64,000 bases of DNA from assembly GCF_036321535.1 (NCBI RefSeq), contig NC_087436.1:2170001-2234000 (forward strand), read 5' to 3'. Numbering within the stretch: position 1 is the stretch's first letter; each line of letters starts with the position of its first letter. Shown piece by piece: positions 11,901 through 24,100 of the stretch. The stretch is from Camelus dromedarius. Taxonomy: Eukaryota. Made by a program: the position numbers and the translations under genes. Under the pieces are notes generated by a model. That model worked only from the letters and a program-made list of their open reading frames with translations, ran no database searches and was not told the origin of the DNA.

Positions 11901-14175
11901 GATGTTCCTGCAGTTTTCACTGTAAAACCGAGTTGGAGCTTGTACCTCCCCATATATATGTATGGATTGGAGTTTGCATGTGAAAAGAAACTTTGTGTTC
12001 CCAACAAGCTAGGTGAAGGACGGCTTTCACACACACTTATCTCTCAGAACTGAGAATGTGGAGAGACGTTCGTTCACCTAGCAGAAAGGGAACGGGTTGC
12101 AGGAGAAACTTTTACTGTGGTTTCTCATTCTGTTTCCTAGTGCCGGTTTGAAGTTCCTGCAATTTTCACTGTAAATCCGAGTTGGGGCTAGTACCTCCCC
12201 ATATATATGTATGGAGTGGAGTTTGCAACTGAAAAGAAACTGTGTTCCCAACAAGCTAGGTGAAGTACGGCTTTCACACACACTTATCTCTCAGAACTGG
12301 GCAAATGGAGAGACGTTCGTTCATCTAGCAAAAAGGGAACGGGTTGCAGGAGAAACTTTTTCTCTGGTTTCTCAGTCTGTTTCCTGTTGCCGTTTTAAAG
12401 TTCCTGCAGTTTTCACTGTAAAACCGAGTTGGGGCTTGTACCACCCCATATATGTGTATGGATTGGAGTTTGCACTTGAAAGGAACTTTGTGTTCCCAAG
12501 AAGCTAGGTGAAGGACGGCTTTCACACACACTTATCTCTCAGAACTGAGCATGTGGAGAGACGTTCGTTCATCTAGCCCAAAGGGAACGGGTTGCAGGGG
12601 AAACTTTTACTCTGGATTCTCAGCCTGTTTCCTAGTGCCGGTTTGAAGTTCCTGAATTTTTCACTGTAAAACCGATTTGGAGCTAGAACCACCGCATATA
12701 TATGTATGGATTGGAGTTTGCAAGTGAAAAGAAACTTTGTGTTCCCAACAAGCTAGATGAAGGACAGCTTTCACACACTACTTTCTCTCAGATCTGAGCA
12801 TGTGGAGAGAAGTTCGTTCATCTAGCACAAAGGGAACGGGTTGCAGGAGAACCTTTTACTCTGGTTTCTCAGTCTGATTCCTAGTGCCGGTTTGAGGTTC
12901 CTTCATTTTTCACTGTAAAACAGAGTTGGAGGTAGTACATCCCCATATATATGTATGAAGTGGAGTTTGCAACTGAAAAGAAAGTTTGTGTTCCCAACAA
13001 GCTAGGGGAAGGACGGCTTTCACACACACTTATCTCTCAGAACTAAGCATGTGGAGAGACGTTCGTTCATCTAGCACAAAGGGAACGGGTTGCAGGAGAA
13101 ACTTTTACTCTGGTTTCTCAGTGTTTTTCCCAGTGCCGGTTTGATGTTCCTGCAGTTTTCACTGTAAAACCGAGTTGGAGCTAGTACCTCCCCATATATA
13201 TGTATGGATTGGAGTTTGCAAGTGAAAAGAAACTTTGTGTCCCAACAAGCTAGGTGAAGAACGGCTTTCACACACAGTTATCTCTCAGAACTGAGCATGT
13301 GGAGAGACGTTCGTTCACCTAGCAAAAAGGGAACGGGTTGCAGGAGAAACTTTTACTCTGGTTTCTCAGTCTGTTTCCTAGTGCCGGTTTGAAGTTCCTG
13401 CAATATTCACTGTAAATCCGAGTTGGAGCTAGTACCTCCCCATATATATGTATGGAGTGGAGTTTGCAACTGAAAAGAAACTTTGTGTTCCCAACAAGCT
13501 AGGTGAAGGACGGCTTTCACACACACTTTTCTCTCAGAACTGGGCAAGTGGAGAGACGTTCGTTCATCTAGCACAAAGGGAACGGGTTGCAGGAGAAAGT
13601 TTTTCTCTGGTTTGTCAGTCTGTTTCCTGTTGCCGATTTAAAGTTCCTGCAGTTTTCACTGTAAAACCGAGTTGGAGCTTGTTCCTCCCCATATATGTGT
13701 AAGGATTGGAGTTTGCACCTGAAAGGAAATTTGTGTTCACAACAAGCTAGGTCAAGGACGGCTTTCACACACACTTATCTCTCAGAACTGAGAATGTGGA
13801 GAGACGTTCGTTCATCTAGACCAAAGGGAACGGGTTGCTGGAGAAACTTTTACTCTGGTTTCTCAGGCTGTTTCCTACTGCCGGTTTGAAGTTCCTGCAT
13901 TTTTCACTGTAAAACTGAGATGGAGCTAGTACCTCCGCATATATATGTATGGATTGGAGTTTGCAAGTGAAAAGAAACTTTGTGTTCCCAACAAGCTAGG
14001 TGAAGGACGGCTTTCACACAGAGTTTCTCTCAGAATTGAGTATGTGGAGAGACGTTCGTTCATCTAGCACAAAGGGAACGGGTTGCAGGAGAAACTTATA
14101 CTAATTTATCTCAGTCTGTTTCCTAGTGCCAGTTTGATGTTCCTGCAGTTTTCACTGTAAAACCGAGTTGGGGCT
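5971..14175 (+). repeat. 16-mer/17-mer tandem duplication (5971-9947, 3977 bp; 9948-14175, 4228 bp)
   Basis: Both units start with the 'ccctacaagctagttg...gagaaacgtt...gattctgcag...cacggtaa' monomer and share the same ordered run of rare variants. ORF offsets are 7731/11710 (3979), then 7983/12211 and 9220/13448 (4228), showing one extra monomer (~11941-12189) in the second unit. Confidence 0.93.
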
Positions 14176-17100
14176 AGTACCTCCCCATATATATGTATGG
14201 ATTGGAGTTTTCAACTGAAAAGAAACTTTGTGTTCCCCAGAAGCTAGGTGAAGGACGGCTTTCACACACACTTACCTCTCAGAACTGAGCATGTGGAGAG
14301 ACGTTCGTTCATCTAGCACAAAGTGAGAGGGTGGCAGGAGAAACTTTTACTCTGGTTTCTCAGTCTGTTTCCTAGTGCCGGTTTGAAGTTTCTGCAGTTT
14401 TCACTGTAAAAAAGAGTTGGGGCTACTACCTCCCCATATATATGTATGGAGTGGAGTATGCAACTGAGAAGAAACTTTGTGTTCCCAAGAAGCTAGGTTA
14501 AGGACGGCTTTCACACACACTTATCTCTCAGATCTGGGCAATTGGAGAGACGTTCGTTCATCTAGCACAAAGGGAACGGGTTGCAGGTGAAACTTTTTCT
14601 CTGGTTTCTCAGTCTGTTTCCTGTTGCCGGTATAAAGTTCCTGCAGTTTTCACTGTAAATCCGAATTGGAGCTTGTACCTCCCCATATATATGTATGGAT
14701 TGGAGTTTGCAACTTAATGGAACTTTGTGTTCCCAAGAAGCTAGGGGAAAGACGGCTTTCACACACACTTATCTCTCAGAACTGAGCATGTGGAGGGACG
14801 TTCGTTCATCTAGAACAAAGGGAACGGGTGGCAGGAGAAACTTTTACTCTGGTTTCTCAGTCTGTTTACTAGTGCCGGTTTGAAGTTCCTGCAGTTTTCA
14901 GAGTAAAAAAATGTTGGTGCTACTACCTCCCCATATATATGTATGGAGTGGAGTTTGCAACTGAAAAGAAACTTTGTGTTCCCAACAAGCTAGGTGAAGG
15001 ACGGCTTTCACACACAATTATCTCTCAGAACTGAGCTTGTGGAGAGACGTTCGTTCATCTAGCACAAAGGAACGGGTTGCAGGTGAGACTTTTACTCATT
15101 TATCTCAGTCTGATACCTAGTGCCGGTTTGAATTTCCTGCAGTTTTCACTGTAAAACCGAGTTGGGGCTAGTAACTCCCCATATATATGTATGGAGTGGA
15201 GTTTGCAACTGAAAAGAAACTTTGTGTTCCCAAAAAGCTAGGTGAAGGACGGCTTTCACACACACTTATCTCTCAGAACTGAGCATGTGGAGAGACGTTC
15301 GTTCATCTAGCACAAATGGAACGGGTTGTAGTAGAAAATTTGATTCTGGTTTCTCAGTCTGTTTCCTAGCGCCGGTTTGAAGTTCCTGCAGTTTTAACTG
15401 TAAAACCGAGTTGGAACTATTACCTCCCTATATATATGTATGGAGTGGAGTTTGCAACTGAAAAGAAACTTTGTGTTCCCAACAAGCTAGGGGAAGGACG
15501 GCTTTCACACACACTTATCTCTCAGAACTGAGCATGTGGAGAGACGTTCGTTCATCTAGCACAAAGGGAACGGGTTGCAGGAGAAAATTTTACTCTGGTT
15601 TCTCAGTCTGATTCCTAGTGCTGGTTTGACGTTCCTGTAGTTTTAACTGTAAAACAGATTTGGGGCTAGTACCTCCCCATATATATGTATGGAATGGAGG
15701 TTGCAACTGAAAAGAAACTTAGTGTTCCCAACAAGCTAGGTGAAGGACGGCTTTCACACACACTTATCTCTCAGAACTCAGCATGTGGAGAGACGTTCGT
15801 TCATCTAGCACAAAGGGAACGGGTTGCAGGAGAAACTTTTACTCTGGTTTCTCAGTCTGTTTCCTAGTGCCGGTTTGAAGTTCCTGCAGTTTTCACTGTA
15901 AAAGACAGTTGGGGCTAATACCTCCACTTATATATATATGGAGTGGAGTTTGCAACTGAAAAGAAACTTTGTGTTCCCGACAAGCTAGGTGAAGGACGGC
16001 TTTCACACTCACTTATCTCTCAGATCTGGACAAGTGGAGAGACGTTCGTTCATCAAGCACAAAGGGAACGTGTTGCAAGAGAAACTTGTTCTCCGGTTTC
16101 TCAGTCTGTTTCCTGTTCCCGGTTTAAAGTTCCTGCAGTTTTCACTGTAAATCCGAGTTGGAACTTCTCCCTTCCCTTTATATATATATGGATTGGAGTT
16201 TGCAACTGAAAGGAACTTTGTGTTCCCAAGAAGCTAGGTGAAGGACGGCTTTCACACACACTAATATCTCCGAACTGAGCATGTGGTGAGACTTTCGTTC
16301 ATCTAGCACAAAGGGAAAGGGTTGCAGGAGAAACTTTTACTCTGGATTCTCAGTCTGTTTCCTAGTGCCGGTTTGAAGTTCCTGCAGTTTTCACTGTAAA
16401 ACCGAGTTGGAGCTAGTACCTCCGCATATATATGTATTGATTGGAGATTGCAAGTGAAAAGAAACTTTGTGTTCCCAACAAGCTAGGTGAAGGACGGCTT
16501 TCACACACACTTATCTCTCAGAACTGAGCATGTGGAGGGACGTTTGTTCATCTAGCACAAAGGGAACGGTTTGCAGGAGAAACTTTTACTCTGGTTTCTC
16601 AGTCTGTTTCCTAGTGCCGGTTTGAATTTCCTGCAGTTTTCACTGTAAAACAGAGTTGGGGCTAGTACCTCCGCATATATATGTATTGATTGGAGATTGC
16701 AAGTGAAAAGAAACTTTGTGTTCCCAACAAGCTAGGTGAAGGACGGCTTTCACACACACTTATCTCTCAGAACTGAGCATGTGGAGGGACGTTTGTTCAT
16801 CTAGCACAAAGGGAACGGTTTGCTGGAGAAACATTTACTCTGGTTTCTCAGTCTGTTTCCTAGTGCCGGTTTGAATTTCCTGCAGTTTTCACTGTAAAAC
16901 AGAGTTGGGGCTAGTACCTCCCCATATATATGTATGGAGTGGAGTTTGCTACTGAAAAGAAACTTTGTGTTCCCAACTAGCTAGTTGAATGACGGCTTTC
17001 ACACACACTTATCTCTCAGAACTGAGCATGTGGAGAGACGTTCGTTCATCTAGCACAAAGTGAACGGGTTGCAGGGGAAACTTTTACTCTGGTTTCTCAG

Positions 17101-20100
17101 TCTGTTTCCTGTTGCCGGTTTGAAGTTCCTGCAGTTTTCACTGTAAAACCGAGTTGGAGCTAGTACCTCCCCATATATATGTATGGAGTTGAGTTTCAAC
17201 TGAAAAGAAACTTTGTGTTCCCAACAAGCTAGGTGAAGGACGGCTTTCACACACACTTATCTCTCAGAACTGAGCATGTGGAGAGACGTTCGTTCATCTA
17301 GCACAAAGGGAACATTTTGCAGGAGAAACTTTTACTCTGGTTTCTCAGTCTGTTTCCTAGTGCCGGTTTGAATTTCCTGCAGTTTTCACTGTAAAACAGA
17401 GTTGGAGCTAGTACCTAACCATATATATGTATGGAGTGGAGTTTGCAACTGAAAAGAAACTTTGTGTTCCCAACAAGCTAGGTGAAGGACGGCTTTCACA
17501 CACACTTATCTCTCAGAACTGAGCATGTGGAGAGACTTTCGTTCATCTAGCACAAAGGGAACGGGTTGCAGGAAAAACTTTTACTCATTTTTCTCAGTCT
17601 GTTTCCTAGGGCCGGGTTGAAGTTCCTTCAGTTTTCACTGTAAAACCGAGTTGGAGCTAGTACCTCCCCATATATATGTATGGAGTGGAGTTTGCAACTG
17701 AAAAGAAACTTTGTGTTCAAAACAAGCTAGGGGAAGGACGGCTTTCACACACACTTATCTCTCAGAACTGAGCATGTGGAGAGACGTTCGTTCATCTAGC
17801 ACAAAGGGAACGGGATGCAGGAGAAAATTTTTCTCTGGTTTCTCAGTCTGTTTCCTGTTGCCGGTTTAAAGTTCCTGCAGTTTTCACTGTAAAACCGAGT
17901 TGGAGCTTGTCCCTCCCCCTATATATATATGGATTGGAGTATGCAACCTAAAGGAACTTTGTGTTCCCAAGAAGCTAGGTGAAGGATGGCTTTCACACAC
18001 ACTTATATCTCAGAACTGAGCATGTGGAGAGACTTTCGTTCATCTAGCAAAAAGGGAACGTGTTGCAGGAGAAACTTTTACTATGGTTTCTCAGTCTGTT
18101 TCCAACTGCCGGTTTGAAGTTCCTGCAGTTTTCACTGTAAAACCGAGTTGGAGCAAGTACCTCCGCATATATATGTATGGATTGGAGTTTACAAGTGAAA
18201 AGAATCTTTGTGTTCCCAACAAGCTAGGTAAAGGACGGCTTTCACACACAATTATCTCTCAGAACTGAGCATGTGGAGAGACGTTCGTTCATCTAGCACA
18301 AAGGGAACGGGTTGCAGGAGAAACATTAGTCTGGTTTCTCAGTCTGTTTCCTAGTGCCGGTATGAATTTCCTGCAGTTTTCACTGTAAAACAGGGTTGGA
18401 GCTAGTACCTCCCCATATATATGTATCGAGTGGAGTTTGCAACTTAAAGAAACTTTGTGTTCCCAACAAGCTAGGTGAAGGACGACTTTCACACACACTT
18501 ATCTCTCAGAACTGAGCATGTGGAGAGACGTTCGTTCATCTAGCACAAAGGGAACGGGTTGCAGGAGAAAATTTGACTCTGGTTTCTCAGTCTGATTCCT
18601 AGTGCCGGTTTGACGTTCCTGCAGTTTTAACTGTAAAACAGATTTGGGGCTAGTACCTCCCCATATATATGTATGGAATGGAGGTTGCAACTGAAAGAAA
18701 CTTAGTGTTCCCAACAAGCTAGGTGAAGGACGGCTTTCACACACACTTATCTCTCAGAACTCAGCATGTGGAGAGACGTTCGTTCATCTAGCACAAAGGG
18801 AACGGGTTGCAGGAGAAACTTTTACTCTGGTTTCTCAGTCTGTTTCCTAGTGCCGGTTTGAAGTTCCTGCAGTTTTCACTGTAAAAGACAGTTGGGGCTA
18901 CTACCTCCCCTTATATATGTATGGAGTGGAGTTTGCAACTGAAAAGAAACTTTGCGTTCCCGACAAGCTAGGTGAAGGACGGCTTTCACACTCACTTATC
19001 TCTCAGATCTGGACAAGTGGAGAGACGTTCGTTCATCAAGCACAAAGGGAACGTGTTGCAAGAGAAACTTTTTCTCCGGTTTCTCAGTCTGTTTCCTGTT
19101 CCCGGTTTAAAGTTCCTGCAGTTTTCACTGTAAATCCGAGTTGGAGCTTCTCCCTCCCCATATATATATATGGATTGGAGTTTGCAACTGAAAGGAACTT
19201 TGTGTTCCCAAGAAGCTAGGTGAAGGACGGCTTTCACACACACTAATATCTCCGAACTGAGCATGTGGTGAGACTTTCGTTCATCTAGCACAAAGGGAAA
19301 GGTTTGCAGGAGAAACTTTTACTCTGGATTCTCAGTCTGTTTCCTAGTGCCGGTTTGAAGTTCCTGCAGTTTTCACTGTAAAACCGAGTTGGAGCTAGTA
19401 CCTCCGCATATATATGTATTGATTGGAGATTGCAAGTGAAAAGAAACTATGTGTTCCCAACAAGCTAGGTGAAGGACGGCTTTCACACTCAGTTATCTCT
19501 CAGATCTGGACAAGGGGAGAGACGTTCGTTCATATAGCACAAAGGGAACGGGTTGCAGGAGAAACATTTTCTCTGGTTTCTCAGTTTGTTTCCTGTTGCC
19601 GGTATAAAGTTCCTGCAGTTTTCACTGTAAAACCGAGTTGGAGCTTGTACCTCACCATATATATGTATGGATTGGAGTTTGCAACTTAAAGGAACTTTGT
19701 GATCCCAAGAAGCTAGTTGAATGACGGCTTTCACACACACTTATCTCTCAGAACTGAGCATGTGGAGAGACGTTCGTTCATCTAGCACAAAGGGAACGGG
19801 TTGCAGGGGAAACTTTTACTCTGGTTTCTCAGTCTGTTTCCTAGTGCCGGTTTGAAGTTCCTGCAGTTTTCACTGTAAAACCGAGTTGGAGCTAGTACCT
19901 CCCCATATATATGTATGGAGTGGAGTTTGCAACTGAAAAGAAACTTTGTGTTCCCAACAAGCTAGGTGAAGGACGGCTTTCACACACACTTATCTCTCAG
20001 AACTGAGCATGTGGAGGGACGTTTGTTCATCTAGCACAAAGGGAACGGGTTGCAGGAGAAACTTTTACTCATTTTTCTCAGTCTGTTTCCTAGTGCCGGT

Positions 20101-21137
20101 TTGAATTTCCTGCAGTTTTCACTGTAAAACCGATTTGGGGCTAGTACCTCCCCATATATATGTATGGAGTTGAGTTTGCAACTGAAAAGAAACTTTGTGT
20201 TCCCAACAAGCTAGGTGAAGGACGGCTTTCACACACACTTATCTCTCAGAACTGAGCATGTGGAGAGACGTTCGTTCATCTAGCACAAAGGGAATGGGAG
20301 GCAGGAGAAACTTTTACTCTGGTTTCTCAGTCTGTTTCCTAGTGCCGGTTTGAAGTTCCTGCAGTTTTCACTGTAAAACAGAGTTGGGGCTACTACCTCC
20401 CCTTATATATGTATGGAGTGGAGTTTGCAACTGAAAAGAAACTTTGTGTTCCCAACAAGCTAGGTGAAGGACGGCTTTCACATTCAGTTATCTCTCAGAC
20501 CTGGACAAGTGGAGAGACGTTCGTTCATCTAGCACAAACGGAACGGGTTGCAGGAGAAACGTTTTCTCTTTTTTCTCAGTTTGTTTCCTGTTGCCGGTAT
20601 AAAGTTCCTGCAGTTTTCACTGTAAAACCGAGTTGGAGCTTGTACCTCACCATATATATGTATGGATTGGAGTTTGTAAGTGAAAAGAAACTTTGTGTTC
20701 CCAAGAAGCTAGGTGAAGGACGGCTTTCACACACACTTATCTCTCAGAACTGGGCAAGTGGAGAGACGTTCGTTCATCTAGCACAAAGTGAACGGGTTGC
20801 AAGAGAAACTTTTTCTCTGGTTTCTCATTCTGTTTCCTGTTGCCGGTTTAAAGTTCCTGCAATTTTCACTGTAAAACCGAGTTGGAGCATGTCCCTCCCC
20901 ATATATATGTATGGATTGGAGTTTGCAACTGAAAGGAACTATGTGTTCCAAAGAAGCTAGGTGAAGGACGGCTTTCACACACACTTATCTCTCAGAACTG
21001 AGCATGTGGAGAGAAGTTCGTTCATCTAGCACAAAGGGAACGGGTTGCAGGAGAAACTTTTACACATTTTTCTCAGTCTGTTTCCTAGTGCCGTTTTGAA
21101 GTGACTTCAGTTTTCACTGTAAAACACAGTTGGAGCT

Positions 21138-24100
21138 AGTACCTCCCCATATATATGTATGGATTGGAGTTTGCAACTGAAAAGAAACTTTGTGTTCCCT
21201 ACAAGCTAGTTGAAGGACGGCTTTCACACACACTTATCTCTCAGAACTGAGCATGTGGAGAAACGTTCGTTCATCTAGCACAAAGGGAACGGGTTGCAGG
21301 AGAAACTTTTACTCTGGTTTCTCAGTCTGTTTCTTAGTGCCGGTTTGAAGATTCTGCAGTTTTCACGGTAAAACCGTGTTGGAGCTAGTACCTTCGCATA
21401 TATATGTATGGATTGGAGTTTGCAAGTGAAAAGAAACTTTGTGTTCCCAACAAGCTATGTGAAGGACGGCTTTCACACACACTTATCTCTCAGAACTGAG
21501 CATGTGGAGAGAAGTTCGTTCATCTAGCACAAAGGGAACGGGTTGCAGGAGAAACTTTTACACATTTTTCTCAGTCTGTTTCCTAGTGCGGTTTTGAAGT
21601 GCCTTCAGTTTTCACTGTAAAACACAGTTGGAGCTAGTACCTCCCCATATATATGTATGGAGTGGAGTTTGCAACTGATAAGAAACTTTGTGTTCCCAAC
21701 AAGCTAGGGGAAGGACGGCTTTAACACACAATTATCTCTCAGAACTAAGCATGTGGAGAGACGTTCGTTCATCTAGCACAAAGGGAACGGGTTGCAGGTG
21801 AAACTTTTACTCTGGTTTCTCAGTCTGTTTCCTAGTGTCGGTTAGAAGTTCCTGCAGTTTTCACTGTAAAACCGAGTTGGAGCTAGTACCTCCCCATATA
21901 TATGTATGGAGTGGAGTTTGCAACTGAAAAGAAACTTTGTGTTCCCAACAAGCTAGTTGAAGGACGGCTTTCACACACACTTATCTCTCAGAACTGAGCA
22001 TGTGGAGAGAAGTTCGTTCATGTAGCACAAATGGAACGGGTTGCGGGGGAAACTTTTACTCTGGATTCTCAGTATGTTTCCTAGTGTCGGTTAGAAGTTC
22101 CTGCAGTTTTCACTGTAAAACCGAGCTGGAGCTAGTACTTCCCCGTATATATGTATGGATTGGAGTTTGTAAGTGAAAAGAAACTTTGTGTTCCCAAGAA
22201 GCTAGGTGAAGTACGGCTTTCACACACAATTATCTCTCAGAACTGAGCATGTGGATAGACGTTCGTTCATGTAGCACAATGGGAACGGGTTGCAGGGGAA
22301 ACTTTTACTCTGGATTCTCAGTCTGTTTCCAAGTGTCGTTTTGAAGTTCCTGCAGTTTTCACTGTAAAACCGAGCTGGAGCTAGTACTTCCCCGTATATA
22401 TGTATGGATTGGAGTTTGTAAGTGAAAAGAATCTTTGTGTTCCCAAGAAGCTAGGTGAAGGACGGCTTTCACACTCACGTATCTCTCAGAGCTGAGCATG
22501 TGGAGAGACGTTCGTTCACCTAGCACAAAGGGAACGGGTTGCAGGAGGAACTTTTACTCTGGTTTCTCATTCTGTTTCCTAATGCAGGTTTGAAGTTCCT
22601 GCAATTTTCACTGTAAATCCGAGTTGGGGCTAGTACCTCCCCATATATATGGATGGATTGGAGTTCGCAACTGAAAAGAAACTTTGTGTTCCCTACAAGC
22701 TAGGTGAAGGACGGCTTTCACACACACTTATCTCTCAGAACTGAGCATGTGGAGAGAAGTTCGTTCATCTAGCACAAAGGGAACTGGTTGCAGGAGAAAC
22801 TTTTACACATTTTTCTCAGTCTGTTTCCTAGTGCCGTTTTGAAGTGCCTTCAGTTTTCACTGTAAAACACAGTTGGAGCTAGTACCTCCCCATATATATG
22901 TATGGAGTGGAGTTTGCAACTGAAAAGAAACTTTGTGTTCCCAACAAGCTATGTGAAGGACGGCTTTCACACACACTTATCTCTCAGATCTGGACAATTG
23001 GAGAGACGTTCGTTCATCTAGGAAAAAGTGAACGGTTTGCAGGAGAAATTTTTCTCTGGTTTCTCAGTCTGTTTCCAAGTGCCGGTTTGATGTTCCTGCA
23101 GTTTTCACTGTAAAACCGAGTTGGAGCTTGTACCTCCCCATATATATGTATGGATTGGAGTTTGCAACTGAAAAGAAACTGTGTTCCCAACAAGCTAGGT
23201 GAAGTACGGCTTTCACACACACTTATCTCTCAGAACTGGGCAAATGGAGAGACGTTCGTTCATCTAGCACAAAGGGAACGGGTTGCAGGAGAAACTTTTT
23301 CTCTGGTTTCTCAGTCTGTTTCCTGTTGCCGTTTTAAAGTTCCTGCAGTTTTCTCTGTAAAACCGAGTTGGGGCTTGTACCACCCCATATATGTGTATGG
23401 ATTGGAGTTTGCACCTGAAAGGAACTTTGTGTTCCCAAGAAGCTAGGTGAAGGACGGCTTTCACACACACTTATCTCTCAGAACTGAGCATGTGGAGAGA
23501 CGTTCGTTCATCTAGCCCAAAGGGGACGGGTTGCAGGGGAAACTTTTACTCTGGATTCTCAGCCTGTTTCCTAGTGCCGGTTTGAAGTTCCTGAATTTTT
23601 CACTGTAAAACCGATTTGGAGCTAGAACCACCGCATATATATGTATGGATTGGAGTTTGCAAGTGAAAAGAAACTTTGTGTTCCCAACAAGCTAGATGAA
23701 GGACAGCTTTCACACACTACTTTCTCTCAGATCTGAGCATGTGGAGAGAAGTTCGTTCATCTAGCACAAAGGGAACGGGTTGCAGGAGAACCTTTTACTC
23801 TGGTTTCTCAGTCTGTTTCCTAGTGCCGGTTTGAAGTTCCTTCATTTTTCACTGTAAAACAGAGTTGGAGGTAGTACATCCCCATATATATGTATGAAGT
23901 GGAGTTTGCAACTGAAAAGAAAGTTTGTGTTCCCAACAAGCTAGGGGAAGGACGGCTTTCACACACACTTATCTCTCAGAACTAAGCATGTGGAGATACG
24001 TTCGTTCATCTAGCACAAAGGGAACGGGTTGCAGGAGAAACTTTTACTCTGGTTTCTCAGTGTTTTTCCCAGTGCCGGTTTGATGTTCCTGCAGTTTTCA

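Noticed and set aside
20409..20960. Longest ORF (183 aa) with an internal 83-aa repeat
   Set aside because: 249 is divisible by 3, and two stop-free monomers were juxtaposed by the duplication junction. This is an artefact of the array structure.
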